From assembly GCA_963817955.1 (NCBI GenBank), contig CAWFQK010000001.1, positions 320,001-384,000 of the forward strand: a stretch of 64,000 bases of DNA, written 5' to 3'. The translations under genes and the position numbers were made by a program. Below are positions 56,705-64,000 of the stretch, in pieces; within the stretch, counting starts at the first letter, position 1; each line of letters opens with the position of its first letter. Under the pieces are notes generated by a model, which saw nothing but the letters and a program-made list of their open reading frames with translations, had not been told where the DNA came from and searched no databases. The DNA comes from an uncultured Gemmatimonadaceae bacterium. Lineage in GTDB: Bacteria > Gemmatimonadota > Gemmatimonadetes > Gemmatimonadales > Gemmatimonadaceae.

Positions 56705-58377
56705 GGCTGAATGCCCCCGCCTGTGGTGCTGCCCACACCGCTGGCAGACTGTGTTGAGGTTCCGGTGGATTGCTGTTGTTGTGGTTGTTGCTGCTGCTGC
56801 TGCGCTGTGCTCGCTGCATTGGCGCCGCCGGTCGTGGACCCGCCCGCCTGTATCGGCAAATCGCGCAGCAAGGCGAGGCGCACGCGAGCGACGGCAAGAT
56901 TCCGCGCCGCCTGCGCGCGATTCGCCCGCGCCTGCTCGAGCAGCAATCGCGACTGTGCGAGGTCCGTCTGCGTCGAGATGCCTTCGCGAAAGCGCACCTG
57001 ATCGATGCCGTACGCCCGCTGCGCCTGTTCAGCGGTTCCGCGGCTTGCCTCCCACGTCGATTGCGCTTCCTGCAGCGCGTTGAGAGCGACGCGTGTGTCG
57101 AGCGCGGCGAACTGGCGCGTTTGCTCACGTTGGGCGCGTGCTTGCTGCAATCCGGCCTGCGCGACGAGCTGGTCGCCGTGAATGCGGCCCCCGTCGAGCA
57201 GCGGGAAGTTCGTGGACAGCCCGACCGTCCAGTTGTTCACGCCGCTCGAGAGCGAGGGAAAGACGCCCGGAGGGAAGTACAATCGTTGGTAGTTCGAGAC
57301 GATGGCCAGTGACGGATACCGCTCGGAGCGCGCGACGCGGATCTGCGCTTCCTGAGCGTGCACGGCTTCGTCCAGTTCCCGTACCGGGGCGCGGTCCGAC
57401 ACCGAAGTGTCAACCGCCGTGCTCGTCACCATCGCCGGTACCGCCGGACCGCTCGCTTCCTCGATGCTCGTGGTGAGCAGCAGATTGTCGTCCAGCGACA
57501 CGTTGAGCAGCTGCTTGAGCCGCAGATATGCCACCTGCCGGTTCGCGCGTGCCTGAATGACGACGGGGAGCTGGTTGTCGTGCGTTACCTGTGCGCGCAG
57601 GAGGTCGTACTCCGACGCGTTACCGACCTGGCGAGCGACTCGCGTCTGCGCGAGCAGGGCGGCCGTCTGCGCCAACGACGAGTCGGCGATCGCCACGAGC
57701 TGGTCAGCGAGTGCGGCGTCGTAGTACGCCGACGTGACATCGAGCGATACTTGGGCGAGTTGCGCCGCGACCTCGATGTTCGCTGAACGGAGTTGCGCCT
57801 CCGCCGCTTGGTTCTGGGCGACGATGCGACCGCCAGCGAACACGTTCTGCGAGAAAGAAAGTCCAAGCGCCCACTGGTTGGTGGCGCCGAAGCTCGTCTT
57901 GCTCAGATCGAACCCGCCACTCCCGCCGGCTGGGGGACAGCTGGCCGCCTCTGCCAGGGCCGCCGCACGCTCGGCAGGCGTGGCGGTTGAGGAGATGAAT
58001 GGAGTGCAGAGCGACTGCGTCGTCGGTACGATAGGCGCCGCAGGACTGCTCGAGAGGCCCGAAAACTGTGATTTGAGCGTTTTGGTATAGCCGGCCGTGC
58101 CGCTGAGCTGCGGCAGGTTCTGGCTGAACGCCTGCGCGCGCTGTCCGGAGGCACGCCTCACGCCGGCACGTGCCATCTCGACGCTCTGACTCTGCGCCTG
58201 CGCAATGCGCAGCGCGTCGTCAAGCGACAGTCGGACGGAACCGAGGGCCGGCTGCTGTCCGCCAGCGCGTCCAGCGCCCAACGCGCCAAGCGACAGTACC
58301 AACAACGCCGCGACCGCAAAGCGGCCAGTCCGCGGGCCCGCGCTGCGCAGCATGCCGCGCATCGGAACGGATATCAT
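56701..58377 (-). CDS. TolC family outer-membrane factor
   Basis: LSLDDAL; two OEP-like repeats; poly-Gln tail. Confidence 0.92.
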   Translation of the reverse strand: MISVPMRGMLRSAGPRTGRFAVAALLVLSLGALGAGRAGGQQPALGSVRLSLDDALRIAQAQSQSVEMARAGVRRASGQRAQAFSQNLPQLSGTAGYTKTLKSQFSGLSSSPAAPIVPTTQSLCTPFISSTATPAERAAALAEAASCPPAGGSGGFDLSKTSFGATNQWALGLSFSQNVFAGGRIVAQNQAAEAQLRSANIEVAAQLAQVSLDVTSAYYDAALADQLVAIADSSLAQTAALLAQTRVARQVGNASEYDLLRAQVTHDNQLPVVIQARANRQVAYLRLKQLLNVSLDDNLLLTTSIEEASGPAVPAMVTSTAVDTSVSDRAPVRELDEAVHAQEAQIRVARSERYPSLAIVSNYQRLYFPPGVFPSLSSGVNNWTVGLSTNFPLLDGGRIHGDQLVAQAGLQQARAQREQTRQFAALDTRVALNALQEAQSTWEASRGTAEQAQRAYGIDQVRFREGISTQTDLAQSRLLLEQARANRAQAARNLAVARVRLALLRDLPIQAGGSTTGGANAASTAQQQQQQPQQQQSTGTSTQSASGVGSTTGGGIQP

Positions 58378-58413
58378 GGTCGGAGGTTCAATGGGAATCG
58401 AATCGGTCGCGGC

Positions 58414-59028
58414 TCAGTCACCAGCGACCGAGCGAACGTGAGTGGCGCGGTGGCTGGCAGCTTCGACGCCGAGCGCGCGCAGGAAGACCCGTACGTATTT
58501 CGCAGGCGCTTCGTTTTCGGGCTGGGGGAAAGCGTTCGGCATGATATCCCGGGAGATGGCGTCGCCGAACATCGAGCTCATGAGCATGGCCACTGCCGTC
58601 GGAATGTCCCCGTCCGAATCGGCCAAGCCCATCGATCGCAGGCGTAGCACATAATCGGTGAGAATCATGCCGGCGCAGTTCGGTCCTTCGCACATCGAGA
58701 CCGCGGCCTCGGGGCGCTCCTCGATCTCGCCGAGCGACGTGCGAATGAGCGCGCGGTTCATCCGCATGTGGCCCAACACTGCGAAGACCCAGACCGTGAT
58801 TTCGTCCTGCGGATCGACCGGATTGTCGGGCAGTGGGGGAATTGGCGACTGCGCGACATGCGTGGTGAGCAGCGCCTCGAAGAGTGCCGCCTTCGATCCG
58901 AAGATTCGGAAGAGGGTGACCTCGTTGACGTCGGCAGCAATAGCGATGAGGCGAGTTGTCGCCCCTCGGAAGCCGTGCTGCGCGTAGACGGTCTTCGCCG
59001 CTGCCAGAATGCGATCACGAATGTCCAT
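58414..59028 (-). CDS. TetR/AcrR family regulator
   Basis: GFRGATTR.IA..ADVNEVTLFRIFGSK. Confidence 0.93.
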   Translation of the reverse strand: MDIRDRILAAAKTVYAQHGFRGATTRLIAIAADVNEVTLFRIFGSKAALFEALLTTHVAQSPIPPLPDNPVDPQDEITVWVFAVLGHMRMNRALIRTSLGEIEERPEAAVSMCEGPNCAGMILTDYVLRLRSMGLADSDGDIPTAVAMLMSSMFGDAISRDIMPNAFPQPENEAPAKYVRVFLRALGVEAASHRATHVRSVAGD

Positions 59029-59062
59029 GGGCCGTAAAGCCTAGGCGGCTTCGGAGCGTGAT

Positions 59063-59078
59063 GCAAGTGGTTACTTAC
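59063..59078. promoter_or_regulatory. Candidate TetR operator
   Basis: GCAAGT-ggtt-ACTTAC imperfect palindrome. Confidence 0.45.
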
Positions 59079-59195
59079 TTTCTAACCTGCTAACTGCCGC
59101 ACGGTCGCCATCGGTAAAAGACCGCACAAACTGTCCGCTATTTCCTGACCAAGAATCCAGTTAGCTCGGACAGAGAGTCAGACCCTAAACCGGCA

Positions 59196-59215
59196 TTCTC
59201 ATCTTGGGATGAGAA
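59196..59215. promoter_or_regulatory. Inverted repeat upstream of the Rrf2 gene
   Basis: TTCTCATC-ttgg-GATGAGAA. Confidence 0.45.
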
Positions 59216-59237
59216 ACTCGTTGACCGGAGATGATTC

Positions 59238-59699
59238 GTGCTTTCCAACACATCCGATTACGCCCTGCGCGCCGCCCTCGTGCTCGCTCGCGCCTACGGT
59301 GCCCGCACGGTACGCGCGGACGAGGTCGCTGCCGCCACCGGCACTCCGCGCAACTACATGGCGAAAGTGCTCAACGGTCTTGCCAAGTCCGGACTCGTCA
59401 CCAGCGCCCGCGGCCCGGCCGGCGGATTCATGCTCGCCGAGGCGCCCCAAAACGTCACACTCGCCGAGGTTATCGATGTCTTCGACGAGCCACGGCGTCA
59501 CACGCGCTGCCTGCTCGGCAACGGTCCGTGCAATCCGCTCGGTCCGTGTGCCGCACACCAGGCCTGGAGCGCCGTCATGGTCGCTCGCCGCGATGCGCTC
59601 GTGAAGCTCACGCTCGCCGATCTGCTCTCCGGGCGCGGCGGTTCGTTCGGTCCTGATGCGTCAGTTGAGCTTCCGTCCCGTGCAGCATTCACCGCATAG
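59238..59699 (+). CDS. Rrf2 family regulator with three-Cys motif
   Basis: YALRA, RGPAGGF.LA, CLLGNGPCNPLGPCAAH. Confidence 0.92.
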   Translation: MLSNTSDYALRAALVLARAYGARTVRADEVAAATGTPRNYMAKVLNGLAKSGLVTSARGPAGGFMLAEAPQNVTLAEVIDVFDEPRRHTRCLLGNGPCNPLGPCAAHQAWSAVMVARRDALVKLTLADLLSGRGGSFGPDASVELPSRAAFTA

Positions 59700-59753
59700 C
59701 CGGGCATCAGCCTTGGGCGTTGTAGATACCTCGACCTGCGCGGCGGTGCTTTG

Positions 59754-60266
59754 ATGGATTGGTTCGTGAAGGCATTCATCAAGGCAAGCGTCAGCTGGCT
59801 TGCGGCCGGCGCCCTCATCGGTACGGCCATGGCGGTTCACCCGGTATGGACCGTCTATCGTCCGGCGCACGTTCACATCATGCTGCTCGGCTTCGTGACC
59901 ATGATGATCTACGGTGTGGCGTATCATGTCATTCCGCGCTTCGCAGGTCATCCGCTGGCTGGGCGCCGCGCCGTGGCGGTGCATGTCTGGATTGCCAACA
60001 TCGGTCTGGCATTGATGGTGGCAGGGTTCGTCCTGCGCGCGAACGGCGCGGCGCTCGGCACTCCGCTGTTGTCGGCAGGTGGCACATTGGCCGGTATCGG
60101 TGCCTACATCTTCGCGGTCGTGGTGTGGCGCACCATTGATGGCCCCGCTCGAATGCGCAAGTTACGGGAGTCGGCGGCTCGATCCAACGCACCTGGCCCT
60201 CCGAAGACCTCCACCGAGGTTTCAGCCGCGAGCCCCGGACGACGTCTCCCTCTCGCAGGTGATTGA
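59754..60266 (+). CDS. Small 4-TM His-containing membrane protein (heme-copper-oxidase-fragment-like)
   Basis: AHVHIMLLGF..MMIYGVAYH.IPRF. Confidence 0.7.
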   Translation: MDWFVKAFIKASVSWLAAGALIGTAMAVHPVWTVYRPAHVHIMLLGFVTMMIYGVAYHVIPRFAGHPLAGRRAVAVHVWIANIGLALMVAGFVLRANGAALGTPLLSAGGTLAGIGAYIFAVVVWRTIDGPARMRKLRESAARSNAPGPPKTSTEVSAASPGRRLPLAGD

Positions 60267-60280
60267 GGCAGCGTGAAATA

Positions 60281-60315
60281 AACACAACGCCCGGGGATAC
60301 CCCAGGCGTTGTGTT
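60281..60315. terminator. Hairpin terminator between convergent genes
   Basis: AACACAACGCC..GGCGTTGTGTT. Confidence 0.65.
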
Positions 60316-60356
60316 CAACCAGCGCACCCAATCGCTTGGGCAGGTCCAGTTCGCAC

Positions 60357-61028
60357 TTACGGCTTCTTCTTGGCCGGGGCTTTTTCGGTAGTGGCCGCTG
60401 CGCCGGTGGCTGCGGTCGGGCTGTTGAGTTTACTCTGAATGGCCTGCGCCTTGGTGAGATGCCCCTGGATAGTTGGGATCGCCTTCGTGACCAGGGCCTT
60501 CAGAGACGTATCCTGCGCAGCGCCCTGTGCAGTCTGGAGCAGCGACAGCACGCTCTGGTGTACTGCCACTTCGTGATCCATATACGCCTTGTCCCACGCG
60601 GCACCCTTCGCCTGCGCATTCAGGCTGTCAGACATCTTTGACAACGTCGCCGGCAGTGTGTCGTCCGCCGGCGGCTGCGGTGTCAGATTCAGCTTCTTGG
60701 CCAGATCCTGTCCAGCTTTGCGTAGTGCGTGATGGTCGCGTACCATCGTCCGGCCAAAATCCTTGACGGACGCGGCGGTGCCCTTCTTTTCTGCGATGGC
60801 TCCCCACGTGCTGTCCGCAGCATTGGCCTCATCGAGTAGCGCAGCGATATTCGCGTCGTTCAGCGCTGCTGGGGCCGGCGCCACCGGTGCCGGTGCCGGT
60901 GCGGTCGCCTTCGCCGTCGTTTCGGTCGCGGCCGCCGTCGTATCAGCAACTTTTTCACTCTTCGAGCATGCCGCCCAGAGCGTGCATGCACCGAGCAAGG
61001 CTATCCCGCGAGAATGGCGAATCGACAT
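60357..61028 (-). CDS. DUF4142-like lipoprotein
   Basis: WAAC lipobox; VKDFGR.MVRDH; D.AYM.HEV..H; P.IQGHL..A. Confidence 0.85.
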   Translation of the reverse strand: MSIRHSRGIALLGACTLWAACSKSEKVADTTAAATETTAKATAPAPAPVAPAPAALNDANIAALLDEANAADSTWGAIAEKKGTAASVKDFGRTMVRDHHALRKAGQDLAKKLNLTPQPPADDTLPATLSKMSDSLNAQAKGAAWDKAYMDHEVAVHQSVLSLLQTAQGAAQDTSLKALVTKAIPTIQGHLTKAQAIQSKLNSPTAATGAAATTEKAPAKKKP

Positions 61029-61237
61029 ACGTTCCTCCGAACAGGGTATATCGCCCGGGCATCCGGGCGGGCTGGCGCTGCGATAGCAAGTTCTGTACGC
61101 ACGGCTCGTCCGCGCAAGCGAATGCCTCGCTGTGAGCAACATCACCAGGAATGGAAGCACTGGGACACATAGGTGTACGAGTATTGCGACTCCACGACGT
61201 GGGGTGGTATGCGTCTCAGGCAGGTTCGAGTGACAGT

Positions 61238-62209
61238 ATGAATCGTCGGAAATTGCGGAACGGGCTCATGCTTGCGGTGGCAACTGTCTCGGCGTCGCTC
61301 GAAGTTCCGCGCATCGCGCATGAACCATTGCACGCCACAGCATTCGAGATCGCAGATGCGTCGTCGGCCATGAGCAGCGCGGTGAAGGAGCTCGCGTCGA
61401 CGGTCACGGCCAGCCATGTAGGCTTCGACACGAACGTGTATCCCGGCGACCGTGCGATGGACGCGTGGAAGCGCTCCGGCGAATACGAGTGGGTGGGGTA
61501 CTATCTCCAGGCGCCCTGCCACAAAGACACCAGCTGGTCAGGAAAGCGCGCCCATCTCGTCAACAATGGATGGGGACTCGCTGTGCTATACGTCGGCCAA
61601 CAAACGTGGGGCCAAACATCCACCACAGCATCCGCGCCGCCGTCACGAAAGTTGAAACGTCCACGCCATGGCAAGAAATCACGTGTCACGCGCACGATGA
61701 CGCGACGTTCGACAAAGCCAGTGGCCGCCGCCGGCGATCGCTGCTCGGCGTCCTACGTGGGAGCGACCCAGGGCCGTCTCGATGCGCGCGACGCGATTGC
61801 GACGGCAGCGAAGGAAGCATTCCCTAGCGGCACCGTCGTGTTCCTCGACATCGAATACATGGATGTCCTGCCGCAGCGCATGCGCGACTACTACATGTCG
61901 TGGGCAAAGTCAGTCCTCGCTGATGGCCGCTATCGCCCGGGCATTTACGCACACACGCACAACGCCGCGCAAATCTACGATGACGTCAGCGACATCTACG
62001 CGCAGGCTGGCGTCGATACCGAACCGCCGTTCTGGGTCGCTGGCTCGAGCGGCTTCTCTCCCGGCAGTGTGCCCACAGATGTTGGGCACGCGTTCGCGTC
62101 CGCCTGGCAGGGCTTACTGGACGTCGTGCGCACACACAATGGCGTAAGGCTGCCGATCGACATCAGCGTCGCGTCCGTCGCATCGCCGAGTCTGGCGACG
62201 GTGCAGTAG
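61238..62209 (+). CDS. DUF1906 / Rv2525c-like glycoside hydrolase (putative peptidoglycan hydrolase)
   Basis: GFDT..YPG, WVGYYL, LYVGQQ, FLDIE, PGIY. Confidence 0.8.
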   Translation: MNRRKLRNGLMLAVATVSASLEVPRIAHEPLHATAFEIADASSAMSSAVKELASTVTASHVGFDTNVYPGDRAMDAWKRSGEYEWVGYYLQAPCHKDTSWSGKRAHLVNNGWGLAVLYVGQQTWGQTSTTASAPPSRKLKRPRHGKKSRVTRTMTRRSTKPVAAAGDRCSASYVGATQGRLDARDAIATAAKEAFPSGTVVFLDIEYMDVLPQRMRDYYMSWAKSVLADGRYRPGIYAHTHNAAQIYDDVSDIYAQAGVDTEPPFWVAGSSGFSPGSVPTDVGHAFASAWQGLLDVVRTHNGVRLPIDISVASVASPSLATVQ

Positions 62210-64000
62210 CGTGCGCCGTGACTGCCACCCCGCGCTTGAAACGCGCGAACAAGCGTTCGCGCCACTCGTCAAGGATCTCGTACACCGTCGGAATCACCAC
62301 GAGCGTCAGCACGGTGGACGTGATCACGCCGCCGATGACCGCACGGCCAAGCGGTGCACGGAAGTCGGCCCCTTCTCCGAGGCCGAGCGCGACGGGAACC
62401 ATCCCCGCGATCAGCGCGAGCGTCGTCATGAGAATCGGACGCAGTCGAATGCGCCCGGCTTCGATCAACGCGTCGCGCCGATTGAGACCGCGATCGATGC
62501 GCGCCCACTTCGCGAAATCAATCAGCAGAATGGCATTCTTGGCCACGATGCCCATGAGCAGGATCACTCCGATCAGGCTCATGAGATTGAGCGTATCGCC
62601 CGTGACGATGAGCGCCAGCACGACACCGATCAGGGACAGCGGCAGCGAAATGAGAATCGCCAAGGGGTCCAGGAACGAGCCAAACTGCACGACGAGGATG
62701 AGATACATCAACATGACTGCGACGCCGAGAGCGACGAAGATGCTCCCGAACACCTCGTTCTGGCTTTCCGTCTGGCCGCCCGCGCTGATGTGGTAGCCGG
62801 AGGGCAGTTGGATCTTTTGGACGCTCGACATGAGCGACTGCGACACTTTGCCCAATGACGAGCCCTCGATGTTCGCGCCAATCATCACCACGCGTTCGCG
62901 CTGATAATGGTCGATCTGCGACGGTCCGAAGCTAGGCGTGATCTGCGCAACCTGACTGAGTGGCACGAACGCCGGCGTGCCGTTCGCGGCCGGAGAGACC
63001 ATCACCGGTAGCTGGCCGAGATCGGCGGCGTTCTCGCGTGCCGCGGGAACAAGACGTACATGGACGTAGCGCGAGATCCCGGCTGGATCCACCCAGGTGC
63101 CCGCATCCACGCCGGCAAAGGCAAATCGCAACGACGTTGCGAGCTGGCTCAGACTCACACCGAGCGTGCCGGCGAGGCCACGGCGAACGCGTACGTCGAA
63201 CTCCGGCTTCTGCCCTTTCGTCGAGAGTCCGACGTCCACGGCGCCGGGTGTCGCGGCCATGATCTTCTCAATCCGCTCGGCGTACTGGTTGAGCGTTCCC
63301 TGATCGGGCCCTTGCAGCTGTAACTGCAACTGCTTCTGCGCGCCTCCCATGCCCGACGCGTAGGTATATGCGGTGGCGCCGCCGATGGCGCGCATCTGCT
63401 TGCGCAGAATCTGCGCGAGGGCGTCCTGGCTGATTCCACGCTCGTTCTTTGGCTTCAGCCGCACGTACACGTTCGCATTATCGACGGCACCCGAACCTGA
63501 CGCGCTTCCCACGGTCGCGTACGTGTACTCCACCTCAGGGTGCGCGCGAATCATGCGCGCCACCTCCTCCGCTTTGAGGGTCGAGTAGTCGAGACTGGAG
63601 CCGGGCGGCGTCTCGATGGCAATGTTCAACTCGCTATTGTCGCTCACGGGCACGAAGCCGAAGCCACCGATCGTCACTTGGAGGAGGATAGCGAACACGA
63701 AGGACCCGGCGGCAAGCATGATCATCGTCCAGCGATGATCGAGCGCCCACGAGATCAGCCCCTTGTACCGCTCGGATTGGCGGTCGAACCAGATATTGAA
63801 ACGCGCGAGTGCGCGCGCGATGGGATTGCGCCGCTCGTTCGCCTCCAGTTGGGGGTCGGCCCAGTACGCCGACAGCATCGGGTCGAGCGAGAATGACACG
63901 AAGAGCGACACGAGCACGGCACAAGCAATGGTGAGCGCGAAGGGCTTGAACCACTGACCCGCAATGCCCGGCATGAAGCCGACCGGCACGAATACGGCGA
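62163..64000 (-). CDS. RND efflux permease, second paralog (5' end outside the window)
   Basis: Collinear with 52204..55491; overlaps the DUF1906 gene end by 47 bp. Confidence 0.93.
   Translation of the reverse strand, partial: AVFVPVGFMPGIAGQWFKPFALTIACAVLVSLFVSFSLDPMLSAYWADPQLEANERRNPIARALARFNIWFDRQSERYKGLISWALDHRWTMIMLAAGSFVFAILLQVTIGGFGFVPVSDNSELNIAIETPPGSSLDYSTLKAEEVARMIRAHPEVEYTYATVGSASGSGAVDNANVYVRLKPKNERGISQDALAQILRKQMRAIGGATAYTYASGMGGAQKQLQLQLQGPDQGTLNQYAERIEKIMAATPGAVDVGLSTKGQKPEFDVRVRRGLAGTLGVSLSQLATSLRFAFAGVDAGTWVDPAGISRYVHVRLVPAARENAADLGQLPVMVSPAANGTPAFVPLSQVAQITPSFGPSQIDHYQRERVVMIGANIEGSSLGKVSQSLMSSVQKIQLPSGYHISAGGQTESQNEVFGSIFVALGVAVMLMYLILVVQFGSFLDPLAILISLPLSLIGVVLALIVTGDTLNLMSLIGVILLMGIVAKNAILLIDFAKWARIDRGLNRRDALIEAGRIRLRPILMTTLALIAGMVPVALGLGEGADFRAPLGRAVIGGVITSTVLTLVVIPTVYEILDEWRERLFARFKRGVAVTAHATAPSPDSAMRRTRR

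Noticed and set aside
1..64000. tRNA, rRNA, integrase, transposase, prophage or defence genes
   Set aside because: None recognised by eye; tRNAscan, Infernal and DefenseFinder were not run

Overview
GC-rich bacterial chromosomal window, most likely Gemmatimonadota (inferred from gene families and GGRGG-rich secreted proteins, not tested). It holds about 55 CDSs. These include a secreted glycan-degradation cluster (GH29, GH3, VPS10-like), a divergent ECF sigma/FecR/TonB-receptor locus with a lipoprotein and a Tat Rieske protein, GroES-like plus bacilliredoxin genes, two-component proteins, lepB, a histone-like SWIB protein, amino-acid catabolism genes, peptidases, ABC transporters, MsrA and two paralogous RND pumps. 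I found no rRNA, tRNA, CRISPR, integrase or transposase. Main leads: (1) a GGGT(A/G)-N13-GTGTC promoter-like motif occurring three times in the ECF locus, one copy pointing at a putative sRNA; (2) a ~1.06-kb noncoding element bounded by long inverted repeats, with internal tandem repeats and hairpins; (3) a beta-propeller/tricorn-C1-like/gamma-glutamyltransferase chimera; (4) an outer-membrane-barrel-NlpC/P60 gene frameshifted at a G7 tract; (5) an RND permease with two extra predicted TM helices. Family calls come from motif recognition only; no database searches were run.
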